Source of the DNA: an uncultured Verrucomicrobiae bacterium
Lineage (GTDB): Bacteria; Verrucomicrobiota; Verrucomicrobiia; Opitutales; JABDGR01
DNA length: 64,000 nucleotides
Reading direction: 5' to 3'
NCBI GenBank assembly: GCA_963765205.1
Contig: CAVXVB010000009.1
Location: forward strand, 224,001-288,000
Positions within the stretch are counted from its first letter, which is position 1, and each line of letters opens with the position of its first letter. Made by a program: the position numbers and the translations under genes. The notes under the pieces were generated by a model. It did not search any database, was not told where the DNA came from, and was given only the letters and a program-made list of their open reading frames with translations. This document shows positions 39,734-48,064 of the stretch, piece after piece.

Positions 39734-39843
39734 ATAATGTTTTAGGGGCTAATTATTTCTCTAGTAACTCACTGCCAATGCCTTGCGTAATTATCTGCCT
39801 ATTTTCCTTTGAAATCGGCTGATTTTGGGCTAGTTTCCACCCT

Positions 39844-40350
39844 ATGCTATTACTGCTCCTATTTGTTCTCATATTTATCGCAATCATTTTGGAGAAAAAT
39901 GGGGGGCTGCGTTGGACACGTCATCATACTTATACGCCGACCATAACCCCAAAATCGGAATCCCCAGCCAACTCAGGCGCAACTGAAGTTCCCAAGCAAT
40001 ACTCGTCTCCTTCTGGAAAGAGTGAGCACCCCTACTGGTCAAAGCATAACAAACTGTATCCCGGCGGTTCTCCGACCTCCCAAGAATGGGGAGAATTCAA
40101 AAGGACGGTTAGAGCAAGGGACGGTGGAAGATGCGTGCAATGCGGCAGCACTACTTTACTGCACGTTGACCATATAACACCCCTGTCTAAGGGCGGCGCA
40201 AATGCGATGGGGAACCTCCAAACACTTTGCAAAAAATGCCACGAAATAAAGACCGGGCGACCGCTTCGAGATTGGAGAGAGGGCAACACTGGCAACAAAA
40301 GCGGCAAATCTTTTTCAAGGAGAAGAGGCGGTCAATTCAGAGGGTGGTGA
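39844..40350 (+). CDS. HNH endonuclease with an N-terminal membrane anchor (passenger)
   Basis: RDGGRCVQCG..HVDHITPLSKGG.N..NLQTLCKKCH; hydrophobic N-terminus. Confidence 0.9.
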   Translation: MLLLLLFVLIFIAIILEKNGGLRWTRHHTYTPTITPKSESPANSGATEVPKQYSSPSGKSEHPYWSKHNKLYPGGSPTSQEWGEFKRTVRARDGGRCVQCGSTTLLHVDHITPLSKGGANAMGNLQTLCKKCHEIKTGRPLRDWREGNTGNKSGKSFSRRRGGQFRGW

Positions 40351-40552
40351 CTTAAATATATTTTGACTTGTAAGTCCGGTCAACTTTCCTATTAAAACTC
40401 TCCCTATCCTCTGCCGAAGACCACCCGCTACCCGCAATATAAATCGTCCTCAATTTCCCATATTCTTCCTCAATTTCCTTCCTCTGTTTCCTTTTCTCAG
40501 CTTCATATTCCTCATATAATAAATCTCTCATAACCTCAAACAATACACTAAA

Positions 40553-40876
40553 ATGAGCGTGTTTTTTCATGTAAATAAAGTAAACAAAGGCAAGATAATT
40601 TCGATTGAAGAAGTCACCGAGGAAAGATTGGGACAGCACGGAACCTCAAAAGGGATTTCCAAAGAAAAAATTCAATCTATTACAGTTCAAGGATGGGTTA
40701 GTTATGATAAAAATTTCACTTATGAAATTGAGTATTTACAGGAAAAAGGGGAAGTGGATAGAAAATTTCCCGTTATAGTGAAAGAGCCAAAGGAAACAAT
40801 AAGGAATCCAGTGAGCGGCGAATATGAGACAGTTGTGATAATTGAAGTCGGCAATGAGCCGTTTCCGAAAGAGTAG
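40553..40876 (+). CDS. Hypothetical passenger protein
   Basis: 107-aa AT-rich ORF ending just inside the TIR. Confidence 0.6.
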   Translation: MSVFFHVNKVNKGKIISIEEVTEERLGQHGTSKGISKEKIQSITVQGWVSYDKNFTYEIEYLQEKGEVDRKFPVIVKEPKETIRNPVSGEYETVVIIEVGNEPFPKE

Positions 40877-41205
40877 TTTTATCGAAAATTAGCTAAATTT
40901 TTTCTTCCCTCCTCAAGGTTTGTGAAGTGCATAGTTCCGATTAAATTGCGATTCATCACTCTTTTTGTCATTGATTCAAAAAGGATTACTTCACTGCGTT
41001 GATTATAGTGACATCCGAACGACCTTCAATCTGGCCTCTTTGGAGTCATCAAAAATCATCCATGATTTATTCATCCCCGCTGTTTGCCGAAAACAAGCGG
41101 CCTGGTCATATGAAAATGAAGTTAGATTTTTATTGCATTTAAGCCATGACGAAATAAAGGATCTTATTATAAAGGAATGTGGAGCACACCTTATGTTTTC
41201 AAAGA

Positions 41206-41264
41206 TGTCCTCGGCGAGACGCCGAGGACGGCGGGCGGGACGCCCGCGCTCCCCGGGACGAAGA
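41206..41264. repeat. GC-rich REP-like double palindrome flanked by AAGA direct repeats
   Basis: gtcctcggcgagacgccgaggac + gcgggcgggacgcccgc within AT-rich coding DNA. Confidence 0.75.
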
Positions 41265-41307
41265 ACCTGTATCCTCAAGTCCAATTACAATTCGGAGTGG
41301 GTATCAG

Positions 41308-41904
41308 CTAATGCGTTACCGTCGGCGCGCCTTTGGCTGGTGACGCATCCTTAACCGCCGGCGCAACGACAACCGGGCGCAGGTGGTAGCTTTTCATCAT
41401 TTCATCCAGCAGCGGTTCGCATTTTTTCCAGCCCGGGTCGGGCACCGTCGCTAGGATGGCGTAAATCGTCCCCGGTGGGCCTTGGACGAAATAATAGGCC
41501 TGGCGGTAAATAATCGTCACGGCGGAGGCCGCGTTGGCCGCGAGCGGGTCGGGCATCTTGACGGATAAAACAAATTTCAGGCCGAATTCCTGGTCAGAGG
41601 TTTCAAACGCATCGCGGACGTTGAGCGAGTAGCGCAAGTCCTTGAGCATTTCCTTGATCGTCGCGTCGCCGAGGTCGAAGAGGTCTTTCTGGTCGTGCAG
41701 CGCCTTGATGACGACATAGGGCGAGCGCAGGTCGGTCACTGGGCCGGACAACGTGGGAAAAGGTTTGCCGGTTTCTTGTTTGATTTCCCAACCGGCGGGC
41801 GGCGTGAAGGCGAAGCCCCCGGCCGGGCTGTCGTAAAGCGCCGCGGTGGCGTGGGCGATGCCCGCGCTCCACAGCAGCCACAAAAATACGCGCAGCCGGC
41901 GCAT
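41308..41904 (-). CDS. Exported hypothetical protein
   Basis: Signal peptide (IAHA), FAFTPPAGW motif; starts right after the carA stop. Confidence 0.7.
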   Translation of the reverse strand: MRRLRVFLWLLWSAGIAHATAALYDSPAGGFAFTPPAGWEIKQETGKPFPTLSGPVTDLRSPYVVIKALHDQKDLFDLGDATIKEMLKDLRYSLNVRDAFETSDQEFGLKFVLSVKMPDPLAANAASAVTIIYRQAYYFVQGPPGTIYAILATVPDPGWKKCEPLLDEMMKSYHLRPVVVAPAVKDASPAKGAPTVTH

Positions 41905-41905
41905 T

Positions 41906-43069
41906 TCAACCCCGCTGTTGTTGGACCATCTGGTAGAAATTCTCGAAGAGCGGGTCGGCGTCGTTGGGGCCAGGCGCGGCTTCGGGGTGGTATTGGACGG
42001 AGAACACGGGCAGCTCGCGATGGCGCAGGCCCTCGACCGTCTGGTCATTCAGGTTGACCTCCGTGACGATGGCGTTGACCGGGCGGAGTTCCTCCGGGCG
42101 CGAGGCGAAGCCGTGGTTTTGCGCGGTGATCGAGACCTTGCCGGTTTCGAGATTTTTCACCGGCTGGTTGCCGCCGCGATGGCCGAACTTCAATTTGAAC
42201 GTGTGCGCGCCGAGCGCGTGCGTGATGATTTGGTGGCCGAGGCAGATGCCGAAGATCGGGTAGCGCGGCATCAGGGCGTTCACCGTGCGGTGCGCGTAAT
42301 CGAGCGCCGCGGGGTCGCCGGGGCCGTTCGAGAGGAAAATCGCGTCGGGCTGCAATTGGTCCACCTCGGCGGCCGTGGTCGTCGCGGGCACGACCGTGAC
42401 ATCGAAGCCGTGGTAAACGAGTTTGCGCAGGATCGAGCGTTTTGCGCCGTAGTCGAAGGCGGCGACTTTGTAGCGTTTGCGGTCGAGGCGCGGCGGGCAG
42501 AGCTTCGTGCCGCGCACGGTAAACGGCACCTCCTCATGATCAAGCGGCGCAAAGACATAGGGCGCGCGGCAGGTGACATCCTTGACGTAGTCCACGCCGA
42601 TGAGTCCGGGCCATTCGCGCGCGCGGCGCACGGCTTCGGCGTCGCCCAGGCCCTCCGTGCTCAGGCAGGCCTTGAGCACGCCGGTGACGCGCAGTTTCTT
42701 GGTGATCGCGCGCGTGTCCACCCCTTCGAGGCCCGGAATGTTGCTGGCTTTGAGATACTCGTCCACGCTCTGCTTGCTGCGCCAACTGCTCGTGACCGGG
42801 CTGAGTTCGCGGACGACAAAGCCGGCGACCTTCGGCCCGTCGCTCTCGGCGTCGAACGGGTTGATGCCGTAGTTGCCGATTTGCGGCGCGGTCATCGTCA
42901 CGATCTGCGCGAAATACGAAGGGTCGGTGAGAATCTCCTGGTAGCCCGTCATGCTGGTGTTGAAGACGGCCTCGCCGAGGACGGTCCGGCGCGCGCCAAA
43001 GGCCGGCCCGCGAAAGACGCTGCCGTCTTCAAACGCGAGCACGCCGGTCGGTGGGGAAGAGTCAGCCAT
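41906..43069 (-). CDS. carA: Carbamoyl-phosphate synthase small subunit
   Basis: [37 protein letters not shown]. Confidence 0.97.
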   Translation of the reverse strand: MADSSPPTGVLAFEDGSVFRGPAFGARRTVLGEAVFNTSMTGYQEILTDPSYFAQIVTMTAPQIGNYGINPFDAESDGPKVAGFVVRELSPVTSSWRSKQSVDEYLKASNIPGLEGVDTRAITKKLRVTGVLKACLSTEGLGDAEAVRRAREWPGLIGVDYVKDVTCRAPYVFAPLDHEEVPFTVRGTKLCPPRLDRKRYKVAAFDYGAKRSILRKLVYHGFDVTVVPATTTAAEVDQLQPDAIFLSNGPGDPAALDYAHRTVNALMPRYPIFGICLGHQIITHALGAHTFKLKFGHRGGNQPVKNLETGKVSITAQNHGFASRPEELRPVNAIVTEVNLNDQTVEGLRHRELPVFSVQYHPEAAPGPNDADPLFENFYQMVQQQRG

Positions 43070-43281
43070 GGGGTCGAAGAATTAACGCGAACCGCCGCCG
43101 GGCGCAAACAAATTTCCCGCGGCGCGGATAATTATAAAAATGGCCCGCAATCGCGGCTTGCCCCCGCGGCCCGGCGCTTGGCACGGTCAAACTTGTGGGT
43201 TGATATGGGCCCGGGAATGGGTCTAGGATTGCCCCCATACTTGCCTTGTAACCCCGCTTTCCCCAAGTTCCACCCATCCCC

Positions 43282-44109
43282 ATGAAACCCAAAAAACTCC
43301 TCAAAAAACTCGCCAAATGGGAAGAAGACATCGGCTCGCAGCACAAGAAACTGGCCAAGCTGAAACGCAAACTGCCGCGCAAACCCGTCGAGGATTTCAC
43401 CTTCGTTGGCCCGCACGGCCCGGTCACGCTCTCGGCGCTCTTTGGCGGTAAGAAGGATTTGATTGTCGTTCACAACATGGGCGCGGCGTGCAGCTATTGC
43501 ACGATGTGGGCGGATGGGTTCAACGGTGTTTACCCGCACCTGGCCGACCGCGCGGCGTTTGTCGTGGTCTCGCCGGACGCGCCCGCCGCGCAAAAGAAAT
43601 TCGCCGCAAGCCGCGGCTGGCGCTTCCCCATGGTGTCGGGGCGCAAGTCGAAATTCTCCGAGAGCCTGGGCTTCAAGGGCGGCAAGGACGATTGGTGGCC
43701 CGGTGTTTCGACGTTCCAGATGGTGCGCGGCAAGGTCCACCACGTCGCCTCTGCGCCCTTGGGGCCGTTCGACCCATTCTGCAGCGTCTGGCATTTCTTT
43801 GCGCTTCTGGGCGATGGCGCTGACGGCTGGCAGCCGAAATATCGCTACCCGGCCACCACGAAGAAACCCGCGCACAAAGTGAAAAAGAAGGCAAAGCGCA
43901 AGGCGCCCCGCAAGCCAACGCCTAAACCAGCAGCGACTCCGAAGGCTAAATCAGCCCCTAAGCCAATCCCCGCGCCCAAGCCTCAGCCCTTGGTGCGCCG
44001 CGCGCCTCCAGCCGCTCCGCGCGCTTTGCCGGCACCCGCCGTCGTCCCGGCCAGTACCGTGCCCAGCCCCGCCAGCAGCCCCGCCGCGCCGACCGCATCG
44101 GTCCAATAA
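43282..44109 (+). CDS. DUF899-family thioredoxin-like protein with a Lys/Ala/Pro-rich tail
   Basis: GPVTLSALFG, CSYCTMWADGFNG. Confidence 0.85.
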   Translation: MKPKKLLKKLAKWEEDIGSQHKKLAKLKRKLPRKPVEDFTFVGPHGPVTLSALFGGKKDLIVVHNMGAACSYCTMWADGFNGVYPHLADRAAFVVVSPDAPAAQKKFAASRGWRFPMVSGRKSKFSESLGFKGGKDDWWPGVSTFQMVRGKVHHVASAPLGPFDPFCSVWHFFALLGDGADGWQPKYRYPATTKKPAHKVKKKAKRKAPRKPTPKPAATPKAKSAPKPIPAPKPQPLVRRAPPAAPRALPAPAVVPASTVPSPASSPAAPTASVQ

Positions 44110-44339
44110 TAGACATCGCGGCACATTTTGCGGTAGGAAACCAGCCCCGCCTGCCGCAATACGCGCAGGTGGTGAGAGACGGTTGGTTGCGACAAACCCA
44201 GCCGCCGCGCGAGCATGGAGACGTTGTTGCCGTGCTCGCATTCGGCGCCCTGTGGCAACAGTTCCAGGATGCGCAGGCGGACGGGGTCGCCCACGGCCCA
44301 GAGCTGCTTGGCCAGGTCGCTATTGCGGCGGGTTGGCAT
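43983..44339 (-). CDS. ArsR/SmtB-family regulator
   Basis: DPVRLRILELL, LSQPTVSHHLRVLRQAGLV. Confidence 0.9.
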   Translation of the reverse strand: MPTRRNSDLAKQLWAVGDPVRLRILELLPQGAECEHGNNVSMLARRLGLSQPTVSHHLRVLRQAGLVSYRKMCRDVYYWTDAVGAAGLLAGLGTVLAGTTAGAGKARGAAGGARRTKG

Positions 44340-44515
44340 GGAGAAAGATGAAAAGGAGGCCGGAAAAGGTGAACGGAGTGTTAAGAGGCTTTTGCAAAGC
44401 TTTAACGATGATGGCGTTGCGGGTCAAACCCGAAAGTTTTACCCGGCGGGTTACACCCCACCGCCCGCGCCGATTCACGCTTGACGGCGGCTGGAAATGT
44501 GGCATATTCATAGAC

Positions 44516-44535
44516 GAATTCATATATTTGAATTC
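44516..44535. promoter_or_regulatory. Palindromic operator candidate between the divergent ArsR and KamA genes
   Basis: GAATTCA-N6-TGAATTC. Confidence 0.45.
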
Positions 44536-44581
44536 ATCAATACATTTTTACCGGCTCAACCGGCCGCCTTTTTTCACTACC

Positions 44582-45733
44582 ATGTACCCCCACGATCATC
44601 CCTCGCAGTGGCCCCGCGGCCAGGGCCGCTGGGCCGCCACGCCCGCCGCGCAATGGAACGACTGGCGCTGGCAGTTGCAAAACCGCATCCTCACCGTCGC
44701 GCAATTGGAAGAGCACCTGGAGCTGACCGATGACGAACGCGCGGGCTGCGCCCACGCCAAGGACAAACTCGCTTTTGCCATCACGCCGCACTTTTTTAAT
44801 TTGCTGGACGGCAATGACCCGGCCTGCCCAATCCGCTTGCAGGTGATTCCGCGTGGCGGCGAGCTGGAAATCGCGCCCGAGGAGCGGCTCGACCCCGTCG
44901 GCGAGGAATCGCACATGCCCGTACCGGGGCTGGTGCACCGCTATCCCGACCGCGTGCTGTTTTTGGTCACCGACCGCTGCGCGGCCTATTGCCGCTATTG
45001 CACCCGCAGCCGCCTGGTGTCCAACGCGCAGAATTATGATTTTCATCCCGAGTTCGAGGCCGGCCTCCGCTATATCGCCGAACATACCGAGGTGCGCGAT
45101 GTGCTCCTGAGCGGGGGCGACCCGCTGCTGCTGGCGGACAACAAGCTGGATTACCTGTTGGGCCGCTTGCGGGCGATTCCCCACGTCGAGTTCATCCGCA
45201 TCGGCTCGCGCATCCCGGTGTTCCTGCCGCAGCGCATCACGCCCGCGCTGTGCGACATCTTCAAAAAACACGGGCCGGTTTGGATGAGCATCCACGTCAA
45301 CCACCCGCGCGAATGCACCTGGGAATTGAAGGAGGCGTGCGACCGTCTCTCGTTCGCCGGTGTGCCGCTCGGCAACCAGAGCGTTCTGCTGCGCGGCGTG
45401 AATGACGACGCGGAGACGATGAAGTCGCTCGTGCACCGCCTGCTGCAAATGCGCGTGCGGCCCTATTACCTTTACCAGTGCGACCTCATCACGGGTAGCG
45501 CGCACTTCCGCACCGACCCGCGAGTGGGCGTGGAAATCATCCGCGCGCTGCGCGGCCACACCACCGGCTACGCGGTGCCGCAGTTCGTCATTGATGCGCC
45601 CGGCGGCGGCGGTAAGGTGCCGCTCAACCCGAATTACGTCAAGGAATTCACCGAGAACGAAGTCGTCCTGCGCAATTTTGCGGGCGAGCTTTACGAATAC
45701 CCGCTGCCCGGCGCCGTGTCCGTATGCAAGTAA
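44582..45733 (+). CDS. KamA-family radical SAM protein (lysine 2,3-aminomutase-like)
   Basis: HRYPDRVL, CAAYCRYCTR, LSGGDPL, NQSVLL, DAPGGGGKVP. Confidence 0.93.
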   Translation: MYPHDHPSQWPRGQGRWAATPAAQWNDWRWQLQNRILTVAQLEEHLELTDDERAGCAHAKDKLAFAITPHFFNLLDGNDPACPIRLQVIPRGGELEIAPEERLDPVGEESHMPVPGLVHRYPDRVLFLVTDRCAAYCRYCTRSRLVSNAQNYDFHPEFEAGLRYIAEHTEVRDVLLSGGDPLLLADNKLDYLLGRLRAIPHVEFIRIGSRIPVFLPQRITPALCDIFKKHGPVWMSIHVNHPRECTWELKEACDRLSFAGVPLGNQSVLLRGVNDDAETMKSLVHRLLQMRVRPYYLYQCDLITGSAHFRTDPRVGVEIIRALRGHTTGYAVPQFVIDAPGGGGKVPLNPNYVKEFTENEVVLRNFAGELYEYPLPGAVSVCK

Positions 45734-45764
45734 AGAGGGATTCTATCTTAAATATTCAAGGCCA

Positions 45765-45889
45765 TTCACCGCCAAGACGCAAAGAACGCAAAGGAAGTTT
45801 TTTTGACGGAATCACTCCCGGCATTTCATGCCTGGGTGAATCGAATTAACAAAATTCATTCTTTGCGCCCTTCGCGCCTTGGCGGTGAA
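45765..45889. repeat. Inverted pair of 9-mer arrays (CGCAAAGAA family)
   Basis: ttcaccgccaagacgcaaagaacgcaaagg ... ctttgcgcccttcgcgccttggcggtgaa. Confidence 0.88.
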
Positions 45890-45914
45890 AACGAGCCTTC
45901 ATTCAAGCCCGCAG

Positions 45915-46481
45915 CTACTTTTTCTTCTTTTTCCCGGCCAGCAATTGCTCGACGCGGCGCACGATGTCCGCCACCGGCGCGAGCTTGCCCTCGCCTTCGT
46001 AACCGCAGGCCAGCACGCCCGCGGTTGGGTCAACGAAATGGTGGCCGCGCGCGCGGAGCGTGGCGAGGTTGGCCTGGGTCGCGGGGTGGGCGAGCATTTT
46101 GCCGTTCATGGCGGGCGCGATCATCACCGGCGCGGGCGTGGCCAGGTAAATCGCCGTGAGCAAATCGGGCGCGAGGCCGTGCGCGAAGCACGCCAGGATG
46201 TTGGCCGTGGCGGGCGCGACGAGCAGCAGGTCGGCCTGGTCGGCCAGTTCGATGTGCCCCGGCTGCCAGCCCTTGCCCTCCTCCCACAAATCCACGCCGA
46301 CCGGATGGCGCGAGAGCACCTGGAGCGTCAGCGGCGCGATGATCTGCGTGGCCTCCTTGGTCATGACCACGAAGACGCCCGCGCCGAGCTTGGTCAGCTC
46401 GGAGGCAATATCCGCGGCCTTGTAAGCGGCAATGGAGCCGGTCACGCCGAGGATGATGGTCTGGCCGTCGAGGGAGGGCAT
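45915..46481 (-). CDS. coaC: Stand-alone phosphopantothenoylcysteine decarboxylase (flavoprotein)
   Basis: GVTGSIAAYKA, HIELA, APATAN, PAMN, LACG; no CoaB domain. Confidence 0.85.
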   Translation of the reverse strand: MPSLDGQTIILGVTGSIAAYKAADIASELTKLGAGVFVVMTKEATQIIAPLTLQVLSRHPVGVDLWEEGKGWQPGHIELADQADLLLVAPATANILACFAHGLAPDLLTAIYLATPAPVMIAPAMNGKMLAHPATQANLATLRARGHHFVDPTAGVLACGYEGEGKLAPVADIVRRVEQLLAGKKKKK

Positions 46482-46562
46482 TAGAACATCTTACCACGTC
46501 AGCCAGAGTGCTCAAGCGGAAAGCCGAAGGAACTTATCTGCCGGTATAAACTAAGCCAAGGT

Positions 46563-46769
46563 ATGCTCATGGGCAAAGTCCGTCGTGGCGGCTACATCAT
46601 CATTTGGTGGAAAGGCGACCATGAGCCGCGGCATGTGCATGTCCGAACGAGCAGCGGGCGGAAATTGGGCCGCCTCAATCTTTCCACGATGCAAGGCATG
46701 GAAGGCTGGACTCCCGACCGGAAACTTGTTGTAATCATCGAAGAATTGAAACAGGAAGGCCGCGTATGA
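46563..46769 (+). CDS. DUF4160-like small protein (putative TA component)
   Basis: DHEPRHVHV motif. Confidence 0.75.
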   Translation: MLMGKVRRGGYIIIWWKGDHEPRHVHVRTSSGRKLGRLNLSTMQGMEGWTPDRKLVVIIEELKQEGRV

Positions 46770-47074
46770 AAACCAACCTAGCCCTCAAAAAGCCCTTCGG
46801 CACCGCGCGCATGGTGGATATCGCCCATGTGCGCTATTTGGCTTGGGAGGACGCCTTCGACGTGGAATTTGAGGACGGTTTGTCGTTTCTCGAGCCGCAT
46901 GCAACCATCAGGAAAGCCAATCGCATATCCGCCAAAGCCGTGCCGGTGGAAGTGGTGCTCGACGCTGAAACACACAGCGGCTTCGAGGTGCGCTACGATA
47001 CCGGCGAGACGGCCGAAGTTTCGTGGGCGTTTATTCGCGAGTTGCCGCCGAAGAAGCAGGCCGGAAAAAATTAG
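46766..47074 (+). CDS. DUF2442-like partner protein
   Basis: ATGA overlap with the upstream gene; VEFEDG motif. Confidence 0.6.
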   Translation: MKTNLALKKPFGTARMVDIAHVRYLAWEDAFDVEFEDGLSFLEPHATIRKANRISAKAVPVEVVLDAETHSGFEVRYDTGETAEVSWAFIRELPPKKQAGKN

Positions 47075-47722
47075 CTTTTGTGGCGACGTTTGGCTAATTT
47101 TTTCTTCGCGACTTCCAAGTCCAAGAACTTGGCTTTACCTGCATTGACTTAAAATTCCGATTTGGCTAACGCCTTGGCATGTCGCTTCTTCGACAAGGAT
47201 GACATTTTTGCTCTACCCAAACCCCGTTTCCTAAAGTTGTGTTTCCGGATTGGCCCCAGAAAGTATAATTCCTTTCCTTGTGAAATTGCTTTTCGCATCT
47301 TTGCCTCCCACGCTTTGCAAATTCTTTTGCCAAGTGGTATTGGCTTCGAACTCATTTGCGCCAAGTATTCATAGAAATACCCATGCTCCGAATGTAGAAT
47401 AGGCATTTCATAACCTTGTCCTCCCATTCTTTCCACTTGTCAGGGTGCATCTTTTTGCGTGCGAATAAAAATCCCGAAACAAGGAAGCACCTCATCTCGC
47501 CAATTCCAAAAATACCATCACCAAGCTCCCATCCATCACGCACACAGTGCGCCCAAAAATATAGAAAAGACATGATGCATCGGCATGGGAATTGACCCCC
47601 GCGCCGTAAAGCCCAAGTTTAGGGGGCGTCTTACATGCGTCAATGGTATAATTCCGTTAAAAAATATCGCAAGCAGAAGAAATAATGAAACAAGGGAGTT
47701 GTTTTGGACCCAATTTTGCTCG

Positions 47723-47750
47723 TTGACGAATTTGGATTTGTTGCTATGGT
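47723..47750 (+). promoter_or_regulatory. Promoter of the leu leader
   Basis: TTGACG-16 nt-TATGGT with TGn extension. Confidence 0.5.
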
Positions 47751-47761
47751 TAGTTTATTCA

Positions 47762-47830
47762 ATGACCACGCGCGCCCAGAACGCCCTGCTGCTGCTTGCT
47801 CTGCTCCGACTCCCCGGGCGGGGAGCCTAA
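47762..47830 (+). CDS. Leucine leader peptide (22 aa)
   Basis: MTTRAQNALLLLALLRLPGRGA with 7 Leu codons, upstream of leuA. Confidence 0.8.
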   Translation: MTTRAQNALLLLALLRLPGRGA

Positions 47831-47857
47831 TCGCGCGCGTGGCGGCCCCGCCTTTTT
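47817..47857 (+). terminator. Attenuator terminator
   Basis: GGCGGGG/CCCCGCC stem followed by TTTTT. Confidence 0.75.
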
Positions 47858-47921
47858 GCGGCCGTGGTTGGAATGCCCTGGTTTCTGGCCGTTGGCCGGG
47901 TTGGTCTTGGCGTAAAGCCCA

Positions 47922-47950
47922 GGGCGGGCACAGCAAGTGTGCGCCCCTAC
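47922..47950. repeat. REP-like half element ending in CGCCCCTAC
   Basis: gggcgggcacagcaagtgtgcgcccctac; same end as the element at 9859-9884. Confidence 0.6.
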
Positions 47951-48064
47951 AACCGACAATCCTTCTACGCGGTGGCCGAGCGTTGACCGTGCCAGTTTGC
48001 GAGGTCGTTGATTTCCGGCTTCTTATTTCATCATTCGTAATTCATCATTCACTACTTCCCCTTT

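Larger units (their letters stand above)
37449..40939. mobile_element. IS1595-family transposon with passenger genes (3,491 bp)
   Basis: 24-bp perfect TIRs cggaactatgcacttcacaaacct (37449-37472 / 40916-40939); 8-bp TSD attaaatt (37441-37448 / 40940-40947). Confidence 0.95.
37022..41311 (+). pseudogene. DUF2971-like gene split by the IS1595-family element and by a REP-like insertion
   Basis: N-half FNDPFE..LMWAHYARKHTGFVI (37022-37448); C-half VDYS..KQAAWSYENEVR (40948 onward); removing the element restores the frame (QLN|CDSSLF). Confidence 0.85.

Noticed and set aside
39844..40350. HNH as an IscB/TnpB-like RNA-guided nuclease
   Set aside because: Only 168 aa, no RuvC motifs or PLMP start, and no structured ncRNA recognisable by eye; not excluded without a covariance search
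47149..47573. Two overlapping minus-strand AT-rich ORFs as a frameshifted gene
   Set aside because: No recognisable motif to fix the frame or product, so left uncalled
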